DNA of 29,865 bases from the IMG/VR virus record IMGVR_UViG_3300025875_000082, positions 1-29,865 of that record; one strand, 5' to 3'. Below, piece by piece: positions 16,375 through 26,800 of the stretch (the first letter of the stretch is position 1; each line of letters begins with the position of its first letter). A program made the position numbers and the translations under genes. Origin of the DNA: a virus. Its lineage: Duplodnaviria > Caudoviricetes. The notes beneath the pieces are model-generated. The model did no database searches. It had not been told where the DNA came from and saw only the letters and a program-made list of their open reading frames with translations.

Positions 16375-19300
16375 TGGCCGCCACGCACTGCCTCGCGTTG
16401 ATCCGGCCCTATGACCCGGAGACGGACGCGCGCGTAGACGTGCGCCTCGCGTCCGCCAACCTGCGCGAGATCACGGGGCTGGGCACCGACGGCCCCTGGG
16501 AGCCGGCGATGTCGCGTGCTCCCACGCTGGCGATCCAGCTGTTCAATGGCGACTTCACCGCGGCGGTGACCGTGGGCACCGCGAACCTGCCTATCTCCAT
16601 GCCGCGACTGATCGAGGCGCCGCAGCACGCTGGTGCCGGCCGCTACGCCTGGTCGGGCGCCGAGGTCGAGCTTCGGCTCGGCAAGGTCGGCGATGCGTGG
16701 CCCTGGCCGGTTCGCTTCCGCGGGCGGGTGAGCAACTTCGAAGGGGGCGAGCGCACGCTCACGCTCACCGCGAGTACCGACACCGACACCTTCGCTGCGG
16801 AGGTGCTGCACCTGACCTATGCTGGCACCGGCGATGCGGAGGGGACCGAGGACCTGGCCGAGCGAGTCAAGCCGCTGGCGATCGGCAACCCGATGAACGT
16901 CGAGCCGGTGCTGATCAACGCCGTTGATTCGGTCTACCAGTTCTCTGGCTATGGTCCCATTGAGGCGGTGCAGGCGCTGTTCGAGCGTGGTTCGGACTTC
17001 GGCCCGCCGCTCGCCGACCACGCGACCTATGATGCGCTGGTGGCGGCCACGATCCCGCCGGGCAATTGGGCGACCTGCCTCGCAGAAGGCATGATCCGGC
17101 TGGGGGCGCCGGCGGCGGGCGTTATCACCGGCGACATTCTGGGCCATGTTGTCGGCTCCGCCACGCCGCGGCAGACGGGCACGGTGATTAAGGCGCTCGC
17201 GAACATCGCGGGCATCGCCGACAGCTATCTCGAGCTCGACAGCCTGGCGGCTTTGAATGCTGACGCGCCGTTCACGATCGACCTGTTCCTCGACAGCCCG
17301 ATCGAGTTCGCCGACGCGGCGCGCGGTCTGGCGTTGCCGTGCAACTATCAGGCGGGCATCACGCCTATCGAGACCTTCTTCGTGGCAAAGGTGGACCTGG
17401 GCCGGACGCCTGACCTTACGCTCGATGCGCAGGGCCGCGCGCTGCCACAGGTGGCGGACAGCCGCGAGGAGAACGTCAGCACCCCCTATGCCAAGACGAC
17501 GTTCGGCGCCGCCCGCGCATGGCGCGTGCATACCAGCGACGAGATCGCCTTCGACGCGCCGCTGGTGCCGCGTGGTGCTTACGACCCGGCGGAAATCTAC
17601 CGCTACGGCAACATCGTTACTCTGCCGGACCAGTCCGAATGGCTCTACATCAACGACACGCCCGCCGCGGGCAACGCGCCGCCGGCTTGGCCCACGACGT
17701 CGAATGCCTGGTGGGAGAACATGGCGCCGCCGGTGAGCGCCGAGGACATAAGCTACGGCGACGGTACACCGCTTGAAGACCTGAAGCCGCTCGATCCGAA
17801 TGCCACGCACGGTGCGCCGCCGGGCACACCAGTCGGTGACCGGCCGGCGGAAGAGGTCATCTCCGCCATCGAAGCTGCCAAGGCTCGCGCCGACGCGCTC
17901 GAGAACGAGACCATCCCGGCCATCGACGGCGCGGTTGCCGCGGCGAATGCCAGGATCACCGTGGCACACGATGCGGCAGACGCTGCGCACGCGCGGGCCG
18001 AGGCTGCTCTTGGCCAGATCGGGACGTTGGACACCGACCTACGCGTCGAAATCACCCGCGTCGAACAGACCGGTATCAGCACCACCGATGCCATTGGGCA
18101 GCGGATCGACGCCATCGTCGCGGAAGGCGGCGGGGGCAGTGAGGGTGTCGATTCGGTTGCGCGAGCCGAGGTCCAGCGCGTCGAGCAAGCTTCCGTCTCG
18201 CGCGACAATGCTTTGGGCACTCGCGTTGATGAGGTCACGGCCTCGATCGGGCCGGCGATCAACGCCAAGGCCACCGAGATCACGACCGCCTTCACCGAGG
18301 CGGATCTCGCGCTGGCAGAGCGGACGTCGCTCCTTGAAACGACGGGTGGCTCAAGCAGCGTAGCGCGCAACCCGGCATTCTCGGCGTGGCCCGCCGGGCA
18401 GCTGTACCCGGCCGCATGGCAGCAATGGGCGGCCATGTTCAGCGTGGGCCGTGGCGACGGTGACAACGTCCATTCCAGCGGTCCTACCCTGATCCTGCAC
18501 AGCGTCGGGGCTGAGGACAGCGGCATCAGGCAGACCATCAAGGTGACGCCCGGTCCCGCGATTGTGGAGCTCGCGCTGGGGCTGGATGCTGGCAACTTCA
18601 TCGGTGCGGGCATCATCCTGAGCTCCTTCAACGAAGACGGCGCCTTCCTGGGCTCGGCGATCTGGGCCTTGGACGAGGTTGCTGATGTCAGTGGCAACAT
18701 CAACTTCGCCGGCGGTTTCCAGACCGTGCCCGGCCGCGTGTTCCGCTACAGCCTGTTCGCAAACCTCATCGGCACCCATTCGGTCGACCTCTACTACGTC
18801 AACAATGGGGGAGGCTTCGGCTTCTCCGACAAGGTCGTTCGCCTCAACTACTTCGGGCTGAGGCCCGCGAGCGCTCCCGAAGCGGAAGCGCAGGCGGCGC
18901 TACCCGCGCTCGCCGCCCGGGTGGGCACGGTAGAGACTGCCACCACGGACGGCCGTTTCGCTACAGCGCAGCGCGCTGAGGAGATCGCCACCTACGCCGG
19001 CGGCCTGTCTGGGCGCATCAGCACCGTCGAGACTGCCACCACTGATGGACGCTTCGCCACCACCTCGCGCGTGCAGACGCTGGAAAGCGACCTGGGCGGA
19101 ACCCAGGCCACCCTCACCGAGCAGGCCGGGACAATCACCGGACTGCAGCAGCGGACCGCCGCGTACTGGCAAGTGGTCGCGGTTGCAGGCGATAACCGGG
19201 CGGCGATCCGGGTGTCCGCCGACGTAAACGGCGGCGCTGGCGTAGAGATCGTCGGCGACCTCCGGGTGTCGGGACAGCTGATCCTGCCCGAGACGGTCGC

Positions 19301-19736
19301 CCTTCCGGCGCTCGATCGGAGCACCATGACCGCCTCGACGCAGGTGAGCGTGGTGGGTGGCTTTCAAGCGCCGTTCGTGCCCGGCGTATATCCGGTCCCC
19401 GGCATGACGGCTGACATGGCCATAGGGTCAGGTGGCTCGCTGTATTTCACCATCAGCGGCGATCAATTCGGCTCCACAAATGGCGGAGTGCGGGCGGCCT
19501 ACATATCTGTCCAGCTACTCGACACCGCCGACAACATTCTCGCTGACCTGCGGGTGCCTTCTGGGCTTGCGGCCGACCAGGGCGCGTTATTCAACTATGT
19601 GATCCGCGCCATCAACCTGTGGGGCGCGCGCACAATTCGCTGGAGGCTTGTAAACCGCAACGCGGACACCGGCACCAATCAGGCATCGACGAACATCAGC
19701 AACCCCACCGTTCAACTCTACTGGACCGCTCTTTAG
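16374..19736 (+). CDS. Tail tip / host-specificity (central fibre) protein
   Basis: 1120 aa directly after the TMP (TGATG overlap); N-terminal hub-like part (KPLAIGNPMNVEPVLIN), coiled-coil segments, putative carbohydrate-binding inserts, beta-rich C-terminus. Confidence 0.8.
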   Translation: MAATHCLALIRPYDPETDARVDVRLASANLREITGLGTDGPWEPAMSRAPTLAIQLFNGDFTAAVTVGTANLPISMPRLIEAPQHAGAGRYAWSGAEVELRLGKVGDAWPWPVRFRGRVSNFEGGERTLTLTASTDTDTFAAEVLHLTYAGTGDAEGTEDLAERVKPLAIGNPMNVEPVLINAVDSVYQFSGYGPIEAVQALFERGSDFGPPLADHATYDALVAATIPPGNWATCLAEGMIRLGAPAAGVITGDILGHVVGSATPRQTGTVIKALANIAGIADSYLELDSLAALNADAPFTIDLFLDSPIEFADAARGLALPCNYQAGITPIETFFVAKVDLGRTPDLTLDAQGRALPQVADSREENVSTPYAKTTFGAARAWRVHTSDEIAFDAPLVPRGAYDPAEIYRYGNIVTLPDQSEWLYINDTPAAGNAPPAWPTTSNAWWENMAPPVSAEDISYGDGTPLEDLKPLDPNATHGAPPGTPVGDRPAEEVISAIEAAKARADALENETIPAIDGAVAAANARITVAHDAADAAHARAEAALGQIGTLDTDLRVEITRVEQTGISTTDAIGQRIDAIVAEGGGGSEGVDSVARAEVQRVEQASVSRDNALGTRVDEVTASIGPAINAKATEITTAFTEADLALAERTSLLETTGGSSSVARNPAFSAWPAGQLYPAAWQQWAAMFSVGRGDGDNVHSSGPTLILHSVGAEDSGIRQTIKVTPGPAIVELALGLDAGNFIGAGIILSSFNEDGAFLGSAIWALDEVADVSGNINFAGGFQTVPGRVFRYSLFANLIGTHSVDLYYVNNGGGFGFSDKVVRLNYFGLRPASAPEAEAQAALPALAARVGTVETATTDGRFATAQRAEEIATYAGGLSGRISTVETATTDGRFATTSRVQTLESDLGGTQATLTEQAGTITGLQQRTAAYWQVVAVAGDNRAAIRVSADVNGGAGVEIVGDLRVSGQLILPETVALPALDRSTMTASTQVSVVGGFQAPFVPGVYPVPGMTADMAIGSGGSLYFTISGDQFGSTNGGVRAAYISVQLLDTADNILADLRVPSGLAADQGALFNYVIRAINLWGARTIRWRLVNRNADTGTNQASTNISNPTVQLYWTAL

Positions 19737-19744
19737 GAGCCCTC

Positions 19745-20257
19745 ATGGAATATTGGATCGTCTATGACCTCGCGAGCGGGGCTGAACTGTGGCGCGGCAG
19801 CGGCTCGGCCGGCACCGCCGCTTATCAGCCCCTGCCGGAGGGTGCCGCTATGGTGCTCGTGCCGCAAGCGGTGGTCGCAACGCCCATCCTCGACCTCGAC
19901 GTGCTGCGCGCCGTGCTCTGGGCCAGGATTGACAGCGAGGCCGAGGTAGTGCGCCAGCGCTTCCTCACCCCGGGCGCCGGCCAGGCGATGACCTATCAGC
20001 GCAAGGAGGCCGAGGCACGGGCGTGGACCGCCGACAACAGCGCGGCCGCGCCCATGCTGCACGCCGAGGCGCCGGCGCGCGGCATGACGGTCGAAGCGCT
20101 TGCGGCAGAGGTGATTGGCTTGGCCGACCAGTGGGTTGCGGTAGGCGCCGCGATCGAGGCCCTTCGGATGGGCGGGAAGAAGGCCGTCACCGATGCGCAG
20201 ACGCTGGGCGACATCGTGGCCGCGTCGGTGATCGACTGGCAGGCGATTGCGTCGTGA
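19745..20257 (+). CDS. Tail fibre-associated/assembly protein
   Basis: AGGAG RBS; RFLTPGAGQAMTYQRKEAEARAW motif typical of genes following phage fibres. Confidence 0.7.
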   Translation: MEYWIVYDLASGAELWRGSGSAGTAAYQPLPEGAAMVLVPQAVVATPILDLDVLRAVLWARIDSEAEVVRQRFLTPGAGQAMTYQRKEAEARAWTADNSAAAPMLHAEAPARGMTVEALAAEVIGLADQWVAVGAAIEALRMGGKKAVTDAQTLGDIVAASVIDWQAIAS

Positions 20258-20541
20258 TCGGCCGCTTCGCCACTCGGTGCTGGCATTGCGTCCTCCCGCT
20301 CTTGACGGCGTTGGACCTGCTCCTGTGCACCATCTGGCTGACCACGCTGTACCCGTTCGGCCTGGCGGATCGGCCGACCGGGCGGCAGCTGATAAGCGGC
20401 TACGTGGGCAAGGCCGCCTTCAAGGGCATGCCGTGGGGTATCCGGCTGGCGCGGTGGATCGACTGGGCTGCCGTTCAACTCGGAGACGGGCCTGGCCATT
20501 GCGTCCGCGCCTACCTGTTCTGGCAGGTTCTTGAGGAATGA
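20254..20541 (+). CDS. Small phage hypothetical (membrane-associated) protein
   Basis: GTGA overlap with the previous stop; QLISGYVGKAA...WID...GHC motif. Confidence 0.68.
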   Translation: MIGRFATRCWHCVLPLLTALDLLLCTIWLTTLYPFGLADRPTGRQLISGYVGKAAFKGMPWGIRLARWIDWAAVQLGDGPGHCVRAYLFWQVLEE

Positions 20542-20580
20542 AGATCGTTCACACCACGTGTCAGAACGCAGGTCTTAAAG

Positions 20581-21135
20581 ATGATGTATGGCTACGCCAC
20601 TCCTTCGCCGTTTCCGCCAAGTTTTGAAGGCGATCCCGCGGCTTACCTTGTTGGGTTGTTTGGTGACGTCGTAGCAGCGGGGGTCTCCCTGGCTGTCTTG
20701 TTAAGGATGCTGCTCGAGCCACGTCGACAACGCACTATTTCGCGTCTGGTCGGCAACCTTCTCCCGCGGCCGACATGGCAGGATTGGCGGGCAATCGACG
20801 CATGGCGGACATTCGTAATCTGCATGATGAGCTTCATCACCATGCGGACCATGCCGGATGCCTTGTGGACGTTGCTGTGGGGCGAGGTCAGCGAGTCTAC
20901 CATCCGGCTGCTTCTTCGTGTGGACCTGTTCATGGATGGTTTCTCACTGATCCCGTTCTTGATGGCCCTCACTTGTCTGTCTTGGGGCTATCAGGTCATT
21001 CCGCAGCTGCTGAGTGCCGACCGCGGCGCCGGGATGCCGAAGCTGACGGCGAGTCTAATCATTCAGAACGCGAAGATCATCCTGATCGTGCTGTTGATCG
21101 CGATCGGGGTGACTGTTGGGAAGGCAAGTGCGTGA
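20581..21135 (+). CDS. Multi-pass membrane protein of unknown function
   Basis: About four hydrophobic segments in 184 aa; visibly lower GC; GTGA coupling to the next gene. Confidence 0.7.
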   Translation: MMYGYATPSPFPPSFEGDPAAYLVGLFGDVVAAGVSLAVLLRMLLEPRRQRTISRLVGNLLPRPTWQDWRAIDAWRTFVICMMSFITMRTMPDALWTLLWGEVSESTIRLLLRVDLFMDGFSLIPFLMALTCLSWGYQVIPQLLSADRGAGMPKLTASLIIQNAKIILIVLLIAIGVTVGKASA

Positions 21136-21494
21136 AAGGCGACAGCGGGGCTACGGCCTTGGCACCGTCCATCGGCCCCGCGCTGGTCACTTTGTTCGGA
21201 CACGACGTGCCAGTTCTGGCGCTCGGCCTGTCCTGCATGGGGCTGATGCTGGCGCGATTCATCGCACCGCCGCCGCTGCGCAAGCTGACAACTTGGCAGC
21301 ACGTCGCGTTGACCGTGCTGCTGCTCATCGTGCTGTTCCTGATCGTGATCGGCGCCTTCACGAGTGCACCCATGTCGCCCGGTATGGCGGTGGTGTGGGG
21401 CATCGGCCTGGGCTTTTCTGGGCTGCTGGCGATCGAGTTCTTCGCGGAGCGCGTGCTGGCAATGCTGCGCGCCATGTTCGGCAAAGCGGACTGA
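21132..21494 (+). CDS. Putative holin (about 3 TM helices)
   Basis: 120 aa, three hydrophobic stretches, charged C-terminus, immediately upstream of the endolysin. Confidence 0.6.
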   Translation: MKGDSGATALAPSIGPALVTLFGHDVPVLALGLSCMGLMLARFIAPPPLRKLTTWQHVALTVLLLIVLFLIVIGAFTSAPMSPGMAVVWGIGLGFSGLLAIEFFAERVLAMLRAMFGKAD

Positions 21495-21521
21495 GCGCAC
21501 CTCTCTAACCTGGAGCACAAC

Positions 21522-22256
21522 ATGAAAGCTGACTGGCAGCGCATTCAGCGCTGGGCCGGGGTGCCGGACGACGGCGACCCGGGCCCGGTGACTGCGCGCG
21601 GGATCATCGCGAAAGCGCAAATCAGCGACGATGGCGGCTCTCCGCTGCTCGACCGCGCCGAGTTCCTCGCGCGCTACGTCAATCGGACGGCACCGGCGAT
21701 CGACGACGACGACCGGGTCGCCGCCGCGCGCAAGCTCGGGGTGACGCTAAAGCACATCCGGATGATCGAGAAGGTCGAGAGCGCGGGCCGGAGCTTCGAC
21801 GATGTCGGCCGGCCTGTCATTCTGCCGGAACCGCATGTCTTCCACCGCCTCACCGAGGGCCGGTTCGGCGTCACGGCGTTCAGCTATCCCAAGTGGGGCA
21901 CGATGCCCTACCCCAGCACCTACGATGCCCGCTGGAAGGTGCTCGCCGACATGGCCGAACGAGACGAGGCTGCAGCGCTGCAGAGCGCCTCGTGGGGCCT
22001 CTTCCAGGTCATGGGGTTCCACTGGAAAGTGTGTGGCTACGAGAGCCCCTATGCCTTTGCCGCTGGCATGGCGGGCAACGAGGACGATCACCTCGAGGCC
22101 ATGGTGGGATTCGTCGACGCCGAGAACCTTGAGGACGACCTGCTCGCTTGTCGCGCCGACGATCCCGAAAGCTGCCGCCCGTTCGCCCGCGGCTACAACG
22201 GCGCCGGTTACGCGAAGAACAACTACCACATCAAGATGGCGGCAGCCCTGCGCTGA
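21522..22256 (+). CDS. Endolysin: N-acetylmuramidase (DUF3380-type) with short N-terminal peptidoglycan-binding motif
   Basis: VESAG, GRPVILPEPHVF, AALQSASWGLFQVMGFHW, FARGYNGAGYAKNNY; N-terminal IQRWAGVPDDGDPGPVT. Confidence 0.92.
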   Translation: MKADWQRIQRWAGVPDDGDPGPVTARGIIAKAQISDDGGSPLLDRAEFLARYVNRTAPAIDDDDRVAAARKLGVTLKHIRMIEKVESAGRSFDDVGRPVILPEPHVFHRLTEGRFGVTAFSYPKWGTMPYPSTYDARWKVLADMAERDEAAALQSASWGLFQVMGFHWKVCGYESPYAFAAGMAGNEDDHLEAMVGFVDAENLEDDLLACRADDPESCRPFARGYNGAGYAKNNYHIKMAAALR

Positions 22257-22276
22257 CCACCCGAAAGGAGAAAGCC

Positions 22277-22546
22277 ATGAGCAACGACATCACCCCCACG
22301 ATCGTGATCACCGAAGGCACGCTCGCAACCCAGATCGCGGCCCTGCTGCGCTATCTCCTCGCGGCCTGCGGCGCGTTCGCGCTCGGCCGTGGCTGGGTCG
22401 ACAACGAGACGCTGCAGTTCATCACCGCTCTCGTCACCGTCGCTGCGCCGATGGCCTACGGGGTCTACAAGGCATACGTCCACAAGACGCAGCTGCTTAC
22501 GGCCGAGCCCTATGTGCCGAACAACGTAATGCAGGTTCAGCCGTAA
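22277..22546 (+). CDS. Putative holin (2 TM)
   Basis: GAAAGGAG RBS; QIAALLRYLLAACGAFALGRGWVD followed by a second hydrophobic helix; directly after the endolysin. Confidence 0.72.
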   Translation: MSNDITPTIVITEGTLATQIAALLRYLLAACGAFALGRGWVDNETLQFITALVTVAAPMAYGVYKAYVHKTQLLTAEPYVPNNVMQVQP

Positions 22547-22555
22547 GTTCCTGCC

Positions 22556-22875
22556 ATGATCAAGGTGTGCCGACCTCAACGAGTCTTCGACTGCATCAGC
22601 GAAGGCTTGGAGGATCGCATGGCCGTCTGGTGGTTCGCCCTCGCGTTCATCCTGCTTCGCCCCCTCTGCTTCGTGGTGTGGGCTGGGACGGGCTGGATCG
22701 GGTGATCTACACGACCGACGACCTGCTGATCGTCCTGCTGATCGGCGTCGGGTTCCGCGATACCAAGGCGCTGCTGGCGCAGAACGAGAAGATCCTCGGG
22801 GCGCTCGGCGTCGAGGGGTACAAGCGGATCGAGCGGCTGAGCTCGCGCGAAATCGACGAGGCGAGAGAGCAATGA
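22556..22875 (+). pseudogene. Small membrane protein gene apparently split by a frameshift (or two coupled mini-ORFs, 22556-22705 and 22702-22875)
   Basis: Hydrophobic RMAVWWFALAFILL in one frame continues as PLLRGVGWDGLDRVIYTTDDLLIVLLIGVGFRDTKALL in the -1 frame around the C-run at 22660-22664. Confidence 0.45.
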
Positions 22876-23282
22876 TCACGACAGCAAGCGTCACCAGTTG
22901 GTGGGCGCGCGTGCAGGGCTACGTCCTGGGCGCGCTGTGCGCCGCGGCGCTGTGTCTGCCCATCGCGTATCTGGTCGGCCGCGATCATGGGCGTGAGATC
23001 GGCCGCGCAGAGCAGGCCGAGGCGGAGCGCAAGGCGCGCGCGCTCACCGAGCAATCCCGCGGCGCGGCCGCGCTCGAGCGCGAGGGCGACATCGCCACCG
23101 TCGCGCGAGGTCAAGGGAAACGAGACAATGCCATCAATGCTACGACGGACAGCGATCAGAAGCCTAGCGCTGCCAGCAATGCTCTTAACTGCGAGCGGAT
23201 GCGGAGCGCCGGCCGCGACGTTTCACAGCTACCCGCCTGCGGAGGACGTGCGCCAGCAGTCCAAGCCGGTGCCCAGCCTTGA
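22872..23282 (+). CDS. Inner-membrane spanin (Rz-like)
   Basis: N-terminal TM (GYVLGALCAAALCLPIAYLVG) followed by a charged helical region; in the lysis cassette. Confidence 0.75.
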   Translation: MITTASVTSWWARVQGYVLGALCAAALCLPIAYLVGRDHGREIGRAEQAEAERKARALTEQSRGAAALEREGDIATVARGQGKRDNAINATTDSDQKPSAASNALNCERMRSAGRDVSQLPACGGRAPAVQAGAQP

Positions 23283-23442
23283 TACGCTCGAGAACGAGGG
23301 CGCAGCCAGGCTGCACGATTCCGCTGTCGAAGCGTGGGGCGAAGCTGGCTGGGCCGCGCTCGGCCGCGTCTGCCGCGATGCCGTGCGCCGCGGTGCGCCA
23401 TATCCGGCTAACTGGTGCCCGGCGGATCCCGACGCCGACTGA
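23128..23442 (+). CDS. Outer-membrane lipoprotein spanin (Rz1-like), overlapping Rz
   Basis: MLRRTAIRSLALPAMLLTASGC signal with lipobox, Pro-rich mature part; overlaps the Rz 3' half in another frame (start 23128 or 23137). Confidence 0.78.
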   Translation: MPSMLRRTAIRSLALPAMLLTASGCGAPAATFHSYPPAEDVRQQSKPVPSLDTLENEGAARLHDSAVEAWGEAGWAALGRVCRDAVRRGAPYPANWCPADPDAD

Positions 23443-23485
23443 ATAAACCCGGCCGCTGCGCCGAACCAAGACTGAACCCCTCTCC

Positions 23486-23515
23486 AGGGCCGGCCAACGC
23501 CGGCCCTTTTCATTT
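23486..23515 (+). terminator. Intrinsic terminator after the lysis cassette
   Basis: AGGGCCGGC-CAAC-GCCGGCCCT followed by TTTCATTT. Confidence 0.8.
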
Positions 23516-23534
23516 GCCCCGAAAGGACACCGCG

Positions 23535-23804
23535 ATGAGTCTCGCAATCACCCGCCACCAGATCGGCAGCCTACTCGCGCTAGGGCGGGAGATTGGTGAC
23601 CCGGTGCGGGTTGCGGCCGGTGACGCGCCATATGTCATCCCCGAGCCCGCCTTCTACTGCATCACCGCGGAGGGCGACTGCCGCGTGCGGGTGGCAGATG
23701 GCTCCATCACGGACGCGGAAAATGGCGTGATCTGGTATGAGGGCGCCGTCAGCACGCGCATCCTCAATCCCGGCGACAAGATCGCAGTGGGAGAGGTGGC
23801 ATGA
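23535..23804 (+). CDS. Small beta-rich virion protein (possible spike/fibre base)
   Basis: GAAAGGA RBS; 89 aa ending LNPGDKIAV; ATGA-coupled to the giant fibre gene. Confidence 0.65.
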   Translation: MSLAITRHQIGSLLALGREIGDPVRVAAGDAPYVIPEPAFYCITAEGDCRVRVADGSITDAENGVIWYEGAVSTRILNPGDKIAVGEVA

Positions 23805-26800
23805 GCTTCCTTCCCAGCAGCAGCGGCTCCCAGCTGATGTCCGAGGCGCAGTTCGACGCCGCATGGGACGTCATTCCGGACTCGCCCGAGAAGCGCGCGG
23901 CAAAGGCCGCCCTGGCCGGCAAGGCGTATCGGCCTCGGCCGAAGGATCTCGATACCGTAGCGCCCGAGATCACGAGCCCGAACATCTCAGGCCCGTACAC
24001 CGAGCGGACGGTCGTCAGGGGTCAGCTGCGCGCCAGCGAGAGCGTAACCTTCTTCTACATTTCGAGCACCATCGCCGTCACGCTGGACGAGGACACGGGC
24101 GAATATTCGTTCGTGGTTCCAGACTACGAGGCCCAGGCTCACATCATCACCTTTGGCGCGGTTGACGGCTTCGGCCTCACCGGCATCCAGAACAACACCA
24201 TCACGCCGGTCTCGGTCGCGGCTCCTCCCGTTATCAGCCGCCTCTCGGTCGAGCCGGCAGGCACCATCATCAACGGTCGCAAGCTGACCGGCGTGATGGA
24301 GTGGAGCGGCGGCGGGGATGGCTCCTACCGCTGGCTGGACGCACAGGGCGCTGAGCTTTCCGCGACGAACGAATGGACGCCCACCGCACGTCCCGATGGC
24401 TTCCAGTTCTCGCTTGAGGGCAAGGTGACGCCGCCCACTGGCCAAGCGGTCACGAAGGTTCTCAGCTTCACCCTAAAGAGCAGCCCACCGGTCGTGCTGG
24501 AGGGCAGCATTGGCAACCTCAAGACGCTCCTGATCCCCATGAGCGACGAGATGAACCCAGACAGCACGCCTGATCTGAGCGCGATCATGGTGTCGGCTCC
24601 CAGCTTTGGCTCTCAGCCCGCCACCGACATCGCCGTTCAATCGAACCCGCCCATGCTTCGCGTGCTCTTGGCGACCGCCTTCGCTCCCGGCGAGCTGGCC
24701 ACCTTTGCGTATACGAAGCCCTCCGAGAACCCGCTGCGCAATCTCGATGGCGAGCCGCTGGAGTCCTTTACCGGGCAGACGATCCTCAACCAGACGGCGC
24801 GGCCGGCACGGGTTGTTCGCCTCGTGATGGATAAGGCCATTGCGTACAAGAACCCCGCGAACCCTGATCGCGGTATCCGGTTCCACATCGAGGTTGACCG
24901 CCTGGAAGAAGGCGATGAGGCCGCAGCCTCGGTTCTATGGGCGCTGGGCGCCGATCCCGCCGCGACACTCAAGGTCAGCAACGGCGACATACCTTTCACC
25001 GGCAACCAGCCTCTCAGCATCCCTCTCGGCTCGCTGGTGTCGCCCACCGTCGAGCGCTTCCCGAACGAAAGCACCGTGGAGGCGCCCGACGAGGGCGGCG
25101 CGGTCAGCATCAGCAAGCCAGCGGGCTGCGTGATCGCGACGGGCGGCTCGTATGGTCCGTTCGTCGTCCGAAGCGAGGGCGCCGTCGCGGCCTTGCCGGC
25201 CCCCGTGGTGACGCTGCGGCAGTGGGACACCCTGACCGTCCGCGACTTCTACGATCTTCCGCTCGATCCCGCGACTCTGCCGCAACCCTCCGCGTACACC
25301 ATCAAGAACCCGGACGGCTCGGTTAACCCGGTGCTGGCCGTCGCGCATGGCGTCGATGGTGAAACGGGTCGCCATTTCGTCTCGAGGACGGTGACCAATC
25401 AGATCGTGGGCGGGCAGGACGGCGCGACCGAAACCTACGTGCCGCCCGCCACCAATCCCCTCAAGGGAACGAACGGAGTTCCTGCGTCTGGCTACACCGA
25501 TGCGCCTATCGTGAACATCACCGCTGTTCCGGTAACGGTGGCGCCCGATGGCACCACGAACACCATCTCGTTCGGCTCTCGCAAGCTGGGGGTTGAGGTA
25601 ACCGGCCAGCCAGGGAAGCCGGTGCCCTACCAGCTCGACATGAACGGCGAATACATGATGATCGGGGCGTTCACGATCGTCTCGGACAGCCTCGCCGGCA
25701 CTGCGGGCCGCCATGGTGCGACGAAGAACCCCATCTTCCAGCAGACGCATGGCTGGGATGATCGTCTGTTCACCAAGGGCATGGGCATCTCCGACAGCAA
25801 CAAGGCGATGTTCCGCGAGACCCGGCGCATGACGTTCCCGGCGATGATGGTGCCCGAGGACATCGCGGTGTTTGCTGAGAGCATCGGGACCCCCGAAGGG
25901 TCGCGGACGGCGATAGCCTCGTACTATCCGCTTCACTGCATCGCTGCGCCGGTCTCCAATCCGCAGAACCGGGTGGCACCCGAGGCCATTCGCGGCACGA
26001 AGCCGCTCCGTGCGCGGTCTGTCTCGCGCGAGCTCGATCTTGATGCCAAGCTGGCGACCCTCCCGGCACTACCTATCCCCGGTCGCAAGATCAGGCTCGG
26101 GAGGGTGATCGAGGCGATGTCGCGCAGTTCCCCGGTCTCGGCCTTCACGCGCATCGATAACTCGGGATCGACCGGGTACGAGGTAAGCGTTCCGGTCGGT
26201 TTCAGCCTGGACGGCGACGACGCCGGCTATTCGACCGACCTGGCATACGTCTGGACCCCCGCGAGCTACTATATCCTCGACCCCACCACGCCCGCAGCTG
26301 ATCGCAAGAAGCTGCTGGGCTGGATGATCGCGCACGGTCGCGACTATTTCTTCCACCAGTATAACGACATCGACAACATCATGAGCAATGGCGGCGGGCA
26401 CTTCTCGTCGCAGTCGATCCCGGCCATGTGGGCGCTGTGGGCGCTCGGTGAGACCGAAATCCTCAAGCACTACGGTACGCCCGCGAAGGCGGTGTACGAC
26501 AACACCCTGCAGTTCGGCTATCTGACGCCAGCGCATATCGCGCGCTGCGTCCCGCACGACGATACCGAGGACAACTGGCCCAACGTCTATCGGCGGTGGG
26601 AGGTCAAGGCGATCGGCGTCAACTCAAGCGGCAAGCCCACCATTTCGATCACTTGGGGCGGCGACCACTACTCGGGCGGCGGACTGCTGATCCGCTTGGC
26701 GAGCACGGGGGAAGTACTCTGTCGCTCGGCTCAGGGGACCAACATCACCAATCCGCCGTCGCCCGTCACGATCCAAGTGGACACTACGGCAAAGATCAAG

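Noticed and set aside
18921-19061. Diversity-generating retroelement template/variable repeat pair
   Set aside because: The two copies are in-frame protein repeats differing mainly at synonymous sites rather than adenines, and no reverse transcriptase is present in the window
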